This document shows, in pieces, positions 38,360 to 46,462 of a stretch of 64,000 nucleotides of DNA (position 1 is the stretch's first letter; the number at the start of each line of letters is the position of its first letter). The translations under genes were made by a program, and so were the position numbers. The notes beneath the pieces are model-generated. The model was not told the origin of the DNA. It worked only from the letters and a program-made list of their open reading frames with translations, and did no database searches. Origin of the DNA: Elusimicrobiota bacterium (GTDB lineage Bacteria > Elusimicrobiota > Elusimicrobia > UBA1565 > UBA9628); contig DAIDHS010000005.1 of assembly GCA_027451985.1 (NCBI GenBank), forward strand, positions 267-64,266, written 5' to 3'.

Positions 38360-40321
38360 ATGTCGACATCATCATTGCCAAAAATGCGCCCCAAGACGCT
38401 GGTTCTGCTTCCGGCTTGGCGGGGCTGGCGCGCGGACGAGGAGGCGTGGGTTTCCGCACTGCTAAGCCTACTCAGCAGGACTTTGGGCGCCGTGACCATC
38501 TACGATCCGGGATTCCCCGGAGAGCAACGAGGCGGGCTGCGATTTCCTTTGCGAGGCTGGAGAGACTTCCGTGAACAGTGCAAGGAGGCGATTTTTGAGA
38601 ATCCAATCGAGGTCATCATCGCGATCAGTGAAGCCGCGAAGCCTGAAAACCTCGATATTCTGGCCGGATGGGCGCCCGGTATTCCCCGTGTCTCCGTGTT
38701 CCTGGAATCGGATTTGTTCGGCCAGCGCCCGCCGCGCCTCAAGCCCGTTTCCGACTGTTCGGATATCATCCTGCATCGAGGAGACTGGAAGAGCGGTAGG
38801 GGCCGCGATGCGTGCGTGGAATTCGTGCGCGAGCCGATGGACGTGGTGGAGTCCATAAGCAAGCGCTTTTGCTTGAGGTGGACTCACGCGGACATTGAGC
38901 CTGAAAAAAAACAGCCGACTGTGGATGTCGTCACGGCTAAGAATGCCGTAGTGCGGCCGCGGGTTAGGGAACTCATTCGTGAGGCACGCCCGATTGCACA
39001 TGTGCGCCATATGGAGATTGGCGGGCACATAGAGACTAATAAAGGCCGCGCCGCGTTTTGGAATGAAGGACTGCGCCAGTCCTGCGCGGATTACGTGTTA
39101 TTTTGGGACGAGCCGCTGTGGTTGCCGGAGAAAGCCTTGGCCAGAATGCTGGAATACTTCAGCATGGGCGCGTCCTTAGCGGTGGTCTCCGCTCCATGCA
39201 GGGACGCGGATGACATGAAAGAAGTGCGCCGTTTAGCCGCGCTGCATCAAGCGTCTGGTGGACACCGAGAATGCGGCCGGTTCCTGCATGGAGATTTTTG
39301 GATGCTCCGCCGTAAAGCAATGAGGCAGGTCGGCTTTTTTGACGAGAGATTCCTCTGCCATCGTTTTGCGCTTTACGACTACGGGTTTCGTCTGCGTCAA
39401 TCCGGATTCCGGCTGTTTACCGCTACGGATGTGACGGCTTGGCGCATTGCTGGAAAAACGGATGAAACTCCTGGGACGCGCGGGCCCGAAGTGCGCGACT
39501 TGGGCCTCCTGCAGGAAAAGTGGTGTGAAAACGGAATTGGGGCTATACTAAGGCTTTCTCGCCCGGTCGGGCGAAAGGATCGGGCAGCCGCAGCTCGAGT
39601 TGCGGACGGGGGCTCGAACTTGGACATCGCAGAGCTGCTTGGAAGTCGCGGACTTCCCAGTGGCAATGATGCGCGCGCTCGCCTCGTGAATTTTAGCGCC
39701 GACTACGGGCGCGTGAGCCCCGAGATGAAAATCTTGATGGATGAGTCGTTGCGCGAAACCGAGCGGCGGAACGACGGTTTCCGCCGGGCCATGGAAGAGC
39801 GGTCAGAACGGCTCAGTCAGGAGTTCCGCAAGACTTTGGAAGAGCGGTATGACCGGCTAATCCGCGAAATCCGCAAGACTGTTGATGAACGGCACGATCA
39901 TTTGGTCCGCGATGTTTGGAGCGCGGCGGAAAGTCTGCGCGAACAATCTAATCAGATGCAGCGCGACATCCAGAAATCCATTAGGCCTGAATTGGCCACC
40001 CTGCTGTTCCACCTGCAAAAGCAAGAATCTAAAATTCAAGAAGGGAGGCTTGAAAGCCATGCTCGGGCTTTTGGATTGCATGAAGACTTAGTGAAGCGAT
40101 GTGGCAAACTCGGCAGCGAATTGGGAAAAATCGCCGCCCAGTTTGAAACCTTGGGGACTGAATCGTTGGGCACGATCTTAAACACCCTTCAAGCCTCGCT
40201 AGCCGCATTAAGACGGGAGCCTCTTCCGGGCCTTAAGGACGGCAAGGCTGGTGCAGCCAACGGAACCAAAATGAAAAAAACAGAGCAGACAGATAGTTCC
40301 GTCCTCCGCGCAAATGGGTAG
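38360..40321 (+). CDS. GT-A/GT2-like glycosyltransferase-domain protein with a C-terminal coiled-coil repeat region
   Basis: The central region resembles GT2: NKGRAAFWNEGLRQSCADYVLFWDEPLWLPEKAL and GDFWMLRRKAMRQVGFFDERF...DYGFRLRQSGFRL. The C-terminal about 200 aa are charged heptad-like and include 15-aa repeats. Confidence 0.55.
   Translation: MSTSSLPKMRPKTLVLLPAWRGWRADEEAWVSALLSLLSRTLGAVTIYDPGFPGEQRGGLRFPLRGWRDFREQCKEAIFENPIEVIIAISEAAKPENLDILAGWAPGIPRVSVFLESDLFGQRPPRLKPVSDCSDIILHRGDWKSGRGRDACVEFVREPMDVVESISKRFCLRWTHADIEPEKKQPTVDVVTAKNAVVRPRVRELIREARPIAHVRHMEIGGHIETNKGRAAFWNEGLRQSCADYVLFWDEPLWLPEKALARMLEYFSMGASLAVVSAPCRDADDMKEVRRLAALHQASGGHRECGRFLHGDFWMLRRKAMRQVGFFDERFLCHRFALYDYGFRLRQSGFRLFTATDVTAWRIAGKTDETPGTRGPEVRDLGLLQEKWCENGIGAILRLSRPVGRKDRAAAARVADGGSNLDIAELLGSRGLPSGNDARARLVNFSADYGRVSPEMKILMDESLRETERRNDGFRRAMEERSERLSQEFRKTLEERYDRLIREIRKTVDERHDHLVRDVWSAAESLREQSNQMQRDIQKSIRPELATLLFHLQKQESKIQEGRLESHARAFGLHEDLVKRCGKLGSELGKIAAQFETLGTESLGTILNTLQASLAALRREPLPGLKDGKAGAANGTKMKKTEQTDSSVLRANG
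39794..39928 (+). repeat. In-frame 45-nt tandem repeat (two clear units plus one degenerate) encoding EERSERLSQEFRKTL / EERYDRLIREIRKTV / DERHDHLVRDVWSAA
   Basis: Units 39794-39838 and 39839-39883 match at 33 of 45 positions by hand alignment. The third unit is recognisable only at the protein level. Confidence 0.6.
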
Positions 40322-41483
40322 GATGAATCCGCGCCTCAGCACGATTTTCGAGCTTCTCGGCGAGCGGGTCAGTTCGGGCCTCGCGCGCCTGGATGAAAAG
40401 AAGGACGGCCAGCCAATTCGCGAACTGCACCTGGAATTGACCCACCGCTGCAACCTCAAATGCGTCATGTGCCACCACTGGGAAATGCCCTTCAAAGACA
40501 GGGAGTCGGTCAAGCGCGAGATGGACTTGGCGCAAATTCGCGCCTTCGTCGAAGGCTCCGAGAGGCTTAAAGACGTCGAGATTGTGGTCTTGACCGGCGG
40601 CGAGCCGTGGCTTCGGGCCGATATCGTGGACATTGCCGCGTTCTTGTCCGGGCACTTTCCGAAGGCCTCGCTCGGCATCCTGAGCAATTTCTGGAACACG
40701 GAGATGGTGCGCCGCCGCCTTAACGATTTGCGGGCGCGCGGCGTTAAAAATTTGTGGCTCGGCTCATCCCTTGACGGCCTCGAAGAGACGCACGACGATG
40801 TGCGCGGACAAAAAGGCGCCTTCAAGGGCTTGATGGAAACCGCGCGCATGATGCGGGACGAGTTCCCGGACGTGCACTTCAGCTTCAGCTTCACCATCAC
40901 GCCCAAAAACTATCGCGAGCTTTGGCCCACTTATCAGCTCGTTTCGGGAATGGGGCTGTGGTTCGGGGCCCAGATGGTGGTCGAGCATCAGAAGTTCGAG
41001 GCCCCGGAGACGTTCTCGTGGACCGACGCGCAGATTGCCGAGGTCGAGGACCAGATCGAGAAAATCCTGCTTCATCTGGCCGAAGAAAACGGAGCCTTGG
41101 CGCGCCTCATTGGAGGCAAGGATCGGGACTCCTTGTGGCTTTGGACGAGGCTTCTGTACTGGTGGTACTTGCGCAAATACGCGCGCAAGCCCGAGCGGTA
41201 TTTCAAGGATTGCTTGGCCGGCCAGAGATACGCCATGCTCAGCCCCGAGGGCGACCTGTTTTTTTGCCCGGTGAACAAGCACCGCACCGTCGGCAACGTT
41301 AAGGAAATGCCGTTCGATCAGATTTGGACCTCGCGGAAGGCTGGCGAAGAACGGAGCTACGTGGACTCCTGCCAATGCGACTGCTGGCTGAACTGCATCG
41401 CCAATCCGGTTCTGGATCGCGCCGTTGAACTCGGCACGCGCCCCGAACCGGCCCCGGCCGGTTCGGGAGGCCCTGCCCGGTGA
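40314..41483 (+). CDS. Radical SAM protein with SPASM/twitch-like C-terminal domain
   Basis: Motif LELTHRCNLKCVMCHHW (CxxxCxxC). The C-terminus reads CLAGQRYAMLSPEGDLFFCP...GNV...IW...CQCDCWLNC. The start overlaps the upstream stop; ATG 40323 is an alternative. Confidence 0.8.
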   Translation: MGRMNPRLSTIFELLGERVSSGLARLDEKKDGQPIRELHLELTHRCNLKCVMCHHWEMPFKDRESVKREMDLAQIRAFVEGSERLKDVEIVVLTGGEPWLRADIVDIAAFLSGHFPKASLGILSNFWNTEMVRRRLNDLRARGVKNLWLGSSLDGLEETHDDVRGQKGAFKGLMETARMMRDEFPDVHFSFSFTITPKNYRELWPTYQLVSGMGLWFGAQMVVEHQKFEAPETFSWTDAQIAEVEDQIEKILLHLAEENGALARLIGGKDRDSLWLWTRLLYWWYLRKYARKPERYFKDCLAGQRYAMLSPEGDLFFCPVNKHRTVGNVKEMPFDQIWTSRKAGEERSYVDSCQCDCWLNCIANPVLDRAVELGTRPEPAPAGSGGPAR

Positions 41484-44380
41484 AAGTCGCCCTGGTCCAG
41501 GCGCCCTACGGCTACCGAGGCCGGGAAGCCCCGCCTTTCTCCGTCGCCTGCTTGGCCGGTTATGTGCGCGGCCGGGGCCACGAGCCGGTGTCCGTCGATT
41601 TCAGCAACGCCCTTTATCACGCCAGCTCTCCGGAGTTGCGCGTCATGTGGAACGTGGACCGGTATTCATTCTGGGAGAATCCGGATGCCGTCGAGCGGCT
41701 GCTCCATGAAACCCGGCAAACCACGGACGCGCTCGTTCGGCGCATCTTGGACAGCGGCGCGCGCGTCGTGGGCTTCGCGACGCACACGACGTCTTTTTTG
41801 GCGAGTCTGGCGCTGGCCGAGCGGATCAAGCGCGAGGACCCATCGCGGCTCATCGTTTTTGGCGGCTACCAGTGCGCGCGCGAGAAAGCCGCATTTTCGT
41901 TCATGGCCGACTCCCGCGTCGACGGCGTCGCCATTGGGGAGGGAGAACAGACTTTGGTCGAAGCCTTGGCGGGCGTGGAACGCACGGGCCGGCTGCCGGC
42001 CATTCCCGGCCTCCTCGTCAAGGACGAGAAAGGGCGCGTCATCGACTCGGGCGACCGGGAGCCCATCATGGACATGGACTCGATGCCCTTCCCGGACTAT
42101 TCCGATTTTAAGGAGGACATACGGGCGGGGCTTTACTCCGATCCGCACCGCCTGGACGTCTTCGACGGCCGCAGCTGCGTGCGGCGCTGCGCCTTCTGCA
42201 ACGAGTGGCAGTTCTGGGGGCGGTTCCGTTCCCGCAGCGGGCGGCGCATCTTGGAAGAAATCAAGCATCAAATGGCGGAGCATCCGACCATCAATCATTT
42301 TTACTTTACAGGACTTCTCGTCAACGGTAACCTGCGCGAACTTTCGCGCTTTTGTGATTTGGTCTTGGAGAGCGGCCTCAAGTTCACTTGGGGCGGCCAA
42401 GCCATCATCCAGCCCGGCATGGACGGCAAGATGCTCAAGAAGATGGCCGCGGCCGGGTGCCGGTGGCTCGGCTACGGCGTCGAGAGCGGTTCGGAGGCGG
42501 TGCGTTGGCGCATCAACAAGAAGTTCACCAATGAGAACGCCTACAAGACGTTGCGCGCCACCGCTGAGGCCGGCGTCAAGGCTCAGATCAACGTCATGTT
42601 CGGCATGCCTAGCGAGACCAAAGACGAGTTTCAGCAAACGCTGTCATTCTTGACCCGCGTCAGGCCTTATTTGGACTCCATCCTGGCCAGCCAGTCGTTC
42701 TGCGTCATTGACAAGGATACGCCGCTGCATCAGCATCCCGAACGCTACGGAATCACGAACCATGATCACCACTTGTTCTGGGAGTCCAATGGCGGGGAAA
42801 ACAACTATGCCGAGCGCTTCCGCCGCTACGAAGAGTTCTGCAAATTGGCGCTGTTTTTGAAAGTTCCGGAGACCTCGGGCGTCCTCTCGCGCAAGCCGGA
42901 CAAATGGTTCTTGCTGGGTTCCTATTACGAGTACAGAAAGGAGTTCTCCAGAGCCATTCTTTGCTACCGGCGTTCGCTGTTGCGGGAATCGCTCGCCAAG
43001 GCTCAGCTGGCTGGCTTAGCGCGGTGCTACAGGGAGATGGGGAAGCCGGGAAAGGCCGCTGGGTACTTGAATCGGGCGCTGGCTCTGACTCCGCCGGGAA
43101 CTTCGGATCCGCAAGACGAAGAGTTGAGACGCGAACTCGCCGCGTGCGAGAAGGCGGCGTCTTCTTCGGCGCGGCAGCCCGAACCGGCAAAACCTCAAAT
43201 GAGCGAACGCGCGCTTAACGTGGCCCTGAATTATCGGGAATTCGAGCAGCGCAAGGACAAGCTGTTCTCGACGCCGCGCCTCGTCACTCTGGGCACGCAC
43301 AACGCCTGCAACGCCAAATGCGTGTTTTGCCTGGAGGGCAAGTATTCGCGCTTCAGCCTCGACCTCTATAAGAATTTTTTCGAGGCCAAGATGGGGCATT
43401 TCATCCGGGGCGCCGAAAAAGTCACGTTCACGGGCTTCGGGGAAATCCTGTGGGTGCCCGGCATCGAGGAGTTCTTGGACTACATCAATGAGACCCTCCC
43501 GGAGACGGAAAAAATATTCACGACTAACGGCACGCCCCTTCGCCCCGCGATTATCGAACGCATCGCCCAAAGCCGCTACGTGCTGCAGATCTCGCTGCAC
43601 GCCTCGCGCGCCGATTTGCACCAAAAGCTGACGCAATTGGACGGCCAGTTCGATCAAGTCATCGCGAACATCCGCGGTCTTGTCGATACGCGCGACCGGC
43701 TCAATCTCGGGCACCGCATCCATGTCGAACTGGTGAACGTCCTGACCAACGACAATCTTTCCGATCTTCCGGATTTCATGCGCTTGGCCTGGGACTTGCG
43801 CGTCCAGTCCGTGCGCTGCCAATACGTGACCATGTTTGTTCCCGACCACATCGTCATGTCGCCGTTCTTCAATCAGCGCTCGGCCAACGAGGCGGTCGAG
43901 GCGGCTGGGCACGCGGTGGAGGAGCTGCGCGCCCAAGACGTCTCCCGGCCGTTTCACGTTCAACTGCCGCCGCTTTTCGGCTCCCGCGCCAACCCGCAAA
44001 ATAGCGTCTGCTACGATCCCTGGCAGCATGTCTATGTCGAACTTCAGGGGTCGGTCATTCCTTGCTGCATGTGGGGGGACCACATCGGAAATTTGAAGAA
44101 GGGCGACGATTTGGACCAGGTGTGGAACAGCCCGTTCTACCAAGAGTTGCGCCGCGGCATGGCTTCCGGAGATCCGCACCCGTGGTGCAAGAGCTGCGTG
44201 CGCTACGCCGGCTACAACGTGGACAGCATTTTCTGCCACATCACCAACCGCCCGGAGGCGCAGAAGATGGTTTTGCAGGACGTGATGCGCCGAGGACTCC
44301 ATTTGGATGATGCGGACAGGGCCGCGGCGGCGAAGATGCTCGGCAAGGGAGCGCAGGCCGGCCCCGGGGTCCTGGCGTGA
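41480..44380 (+). CDS. Fusion protein: B12-binding (class B) radical SAM domain, TPR-like linker, then radical SAM/SPASM domain
   Basis: The N-terminus VKVALVQAPYG...VVGFATHT...IVFGGYQ is B12-domain-like, followed by the first cluster motif CVRRCAFC. The middle has TPR-like LGSYYEYRKEFSRAILCYRRSL...CYREMGKPGKAAGYLNRALAL. The second cluster motif is THNACNAKCVFC. A SPASM-like CYDPWQHVYVELQGSVIPCC...CKSC follows. GTGA overlap with the upstream gene. Confidence 0.8.
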   Translation: MKVALVQAPYGYRGREAPPFSVACLAGYVRGRGHEPVSVDFSNALYHASSPELRVMWNVDRYSFWENPDAVERLLHETRQTTDALVRRILDSGARVVGFATHTTSFLASLALAERIKREDPSRLIVFGGYQCAREKAAFSFMADSRVDGVAIGEGEQTLVEALAGVERTGRLPAIPGLLVKDEKGRVIDSGDREPIMDMDSMPFPDYSDFKEDIRAGLYSDPHRLDVFDGRSCVRRCAFCNEWQFWGRFRSRSGRRILEEIKHQMAEHPTINHFYFTGLLVNGNLRELSRFCDLVLESGLKFTWGGQAIIQPGMDGKMLKKMAAAGCRWLGYGVESGSEAVRWRINKKFTNENAYKTLRATAEAGVKAQINVMFGMPSETKDEFQQTLSFLTRVRPYLDSILASQSFCVIDKDTPLHQHPERYGITNHDHHLFWESNGGENNYAERFRRYEEFCKLALFLKVPETSGVLSRKPDKWFLLGSYYEYRKEFSRAILCYRRSLLRESLAKAQLAGLARCYREMGKPGKAAGYLNRALALTPPGTSDPQDEELRRELAACEKAASSSARQPEPAKPQMSERALNVALNYREFEQRKDKLFSTPRLVTLGTHNACNAKCVFCLEGKYSRFSLDLYKNFFEAKMGHFIRGAEKVTFTGFGEILWVPGIEEFLDYINETLPETEKIFTTNGTPLRPAIIERIAQSRYVLQISLHASRADLHQKLTQLDGQFDQVIANIRGLVDTRDRLNLGHRIHVELVNVLTNDNLSDLPDFMRLAWDLRVQSVRCQYVTMFVPDHIVMSPFFNQRSANEAVEAAGHAVEELRAQDVSRPFHVQLPPLFGSRANPQNSVCYDPWQHVYVELQGSVIPCCMWGDHIGNLKKGDDLDQVWNSPFYQELRRGMASGDPHPWCKSCVRYAGYNVDSIFCHITNRPEAQKMVLQDVMRRGLHLDDADRAAAAKMLGKGAQAGPGVLA

Positions 44381-45114
44381 GCGAGTGGTCGGGAAGGCTT
44401 GACGGCGACGCCGTTTGGAGCGGAGAGGTCCTCGTCAGCGGGGACGTTGTTGTTCCACGCGGAGCGCGTCTGCGCGTGGAGGCCGGCACGCGGGTCAGCT
44501 TTGCTTCCCGCCCGAAATGGTCTTGCGCGGTTTTTCGCGCGGCCCCCGAGGGCTATCCCATTGAGGCCTCTGAACGCGAGGCGTGCGACCTCGTGGTTCT
44601 GGGCCGCCTGGAGGCGGCGGGAACCCCGAATGCTCCGATTCTTATGGGAGGCGGGGGCGTCCCGTGGGGCGGAATTCTTTTCCTGGAGAGAGCCGCCGGC
44701 GTCCTGCGGCATTGCGTCATTGGGGTGAAAACCGAGTACGCCCTGCAGACTTTTGACGATTCGAGCCTGGTTTTGGAGGACTGCCGCTTGGGAGAGGCTC
44801 AGGTGGGAATCGCCGCTCGGGGGCTTTCGTGCGTGAGGGTTTCGGGTGGCTGCGTGCGCGCCACGCGTTGCGGCGCGGTGGCCTGCGAGGGCTCTCGCAT
44901 GGTTTTGGATCATCTCCAGATTGAAGATTCGCCCCAGGGCGTCTGCGCCGAGGATTGGGCCCTGGTGCGGGTCGCGGGCTCCCGATTCGCGTCCAATAGG
45001 GATTTTGCCGTTTCGGCCCGAGGGCATTCCTGGGCCAGACTTGATGGCTGCGGGTTCGAACGCTCCGGAGAGCCGGCCCTCGGGCGGGAGCAGGCCAGAA
45101 TCGATGTCCGCTAA
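44377..45114 (+). CDS. Right-handed parallel beta-helix repeat protein
   Basis: A periodicity of about 22 aa with hydrophobic/Gly/Cys rungs, for example LVLEDCRLGEAQVGIAARGLSCVRVSGGCVRATRCGAVACEGSRMVLDHLQIEDSPQGVCAEDWALVRVAGSRF. GTGA overlap with the upstream gene. Confidence 0.6.
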   Translation: MSEWSGRLDGDAVWSGEVLVSGDVVVPRGARLRVEAGTRVSFASRPKWSCAVFRAAPEGYPIEASEREACDLVVLGRLEAAGTPNAPILMGGGGVPWGGILFLERAAGVLRHCVIGVKTEYALQTFDDSSLVLEDCRLGEAQVGIAARGLSCVRVSGGCVRATRCGAVACEGSRMVLDHLQIEDSPQGVCAEDWALVRVAGSRFASNRDFAVSARGHSWARLDGCGFERSGEPALGREQARIDVR

Positions 45115-46462
45115 GCTTTTCCGCCTGCTTTTCCCGTACGCCGAGCCGCCGGTGGCGCGCCGGCTCCGGCGCTTGGGCCTTTGGCGCAAGCTCGCCAACT
45201 ATCTCTGGGTTGAATTCCTCATCGGACGCGGATCGGTCCGCATGTGGGGGGGCAAACCTTATTGGCTGACCGTCGATCCAACGAATTTTTGCCAGCTCCA
45301 CTGCCCGTTCTGTCCCACGGGCGCCAATCGCGGCGTGCGGACCAAATCCTCCATGTCTTTGGAGCACTTTAAAAAGTTTTTGGATCGCGTCGGACCCTGC
45401 GTCATCCACATGGACATGATGAATTGGGGCGAGTCGCTGCTCAATAAGAACCTGCCGGACATGATCGCCCACGCGAAGCGCTACGGCATCGATGTCAAGC
45501 TCGACGCCAACTTCAACGATGTCTCGGAAGAAACCATCGAGAGCCTTATTCTTTCCGGTCTCGACGTGCTGAGCATCTCCATCGACGGCATTTCCCAGGA
45601 GACTTACGGGAAATACCGGGTCGGAGGGCGGTTCGAGAAGGTCCTCGCGAACTTGGAAGTTTTGACGCGCAAACGCCGGGAGTTGGGACGGTCGGCTCCT
45701 CACATCATCTGGCAGTTCTTGGTGTTCCGCCACAATGAGCATGAGGTGGGCGCGGTCGAGTCCTTCGCCAGAGCGCGCGGCGTCGACCAGGTGAGCCTTG
45801 TGGCGCCGTTCTTGCCCAACGAGCCGGGCTATCTTTGGGAGTGGTCGGCCCGAAACCCTAATTCCCGCCTTTATCCCTTGCCGGACAAGGAGCCTGCGGC
45901 CCAGGAACTCGCGCGCGCCGCGGGCGGCGCCCATGTGAAAAACACCCTTTCTTCCGAGGCGTTCCACGCGCGTCGGTTCCAGACTCGCCAACTGCTGAGC
46001 CTGCCCTATCTGTCCGGCCTGCCGGCGCAGGCGCGCGGCCTTGAAGGCGGCAAGACGGCGCTTTTGCGGCAAGTCAGGGATGTTGTTTCATTTGCGGGAG
46101 CGGCCGGAGCGGGACTGGACGCGGCGCCTTTTTTCCGCGCCAAGGGAGGCGCCGCCCGCGCCGTCTGCAAATGGCCGTGGGCCGGGATGGCGGTCAACCC
46201 CAACGGCAGCGTGTCGCCCTGCTGCAGCATCGAAAGCGAGGCGGATGATTTCGGGAACGCTTTCGAGCGCGTCTGGACCGGGCTCTGGAACGGGAAAAAA
46301 TACCGGACTTCTCGGCGGCACGTGCGCCGCTACGTCCAGAATAAGCGCGGCGTCCTTGCTCATTCGGATCACGCTTGCGAGCGGTGCACGGCCATCGGCT
46401 ACGCGAATTTCAAGTTTCCCATCACCTGGCTCAAGGACGCCCCGGGGAGCAAGAACGCGTGA
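45104..46462 (+). CDS. Radical SAM/SPASM domain protein
   Basis: Motif VDPTNFCQLHCPFCPTG. SPASM-like CKWPWAGMAVNPNGSVSPCC...FGN...CERC. The start was moved to ATG 45104, an 11-nt overlap with the upstream gene. Confidence 0.8.
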   Translation: MSAKLFRLLFPYAEPPVARRLRRLGLWRKLANYLWVEFLIGRGSVRMWGGKPYWLTVDPTNFCQLHCPFCPTGANRGVRTKSSMSLEHFKKFLDRVGPCVIHMDMMNWGESLLNKNLPDMIAHAKRYGIDVKLDANFNDVSEETIESLILSGLDVLSISIDGISQETYGKYRVGGRFEKVLANLEVLTRKRRELGRSAPHIIWQFLVFRHNEHEVGAVESFARARGVDQVSLVAPFLPNEPGYLWEWSARNPNSRLYPLPDKEPAAQELARAAGGAHVKNTLSSEAFHARRFQTRQLLSLPYLSGLPAQARGLEGGKTALLRQVRDVVSFAGAAGAGLDAAPFFRAKGGAARAVCKWPWAGMAVNPNGSVSPCCSIESEADDFGNAFERVWTGLWNGKKYRTSRRHVRRYVQNKRGVLAHSDHACERCTAIGYANFKFPITWLKDAPGSKNA

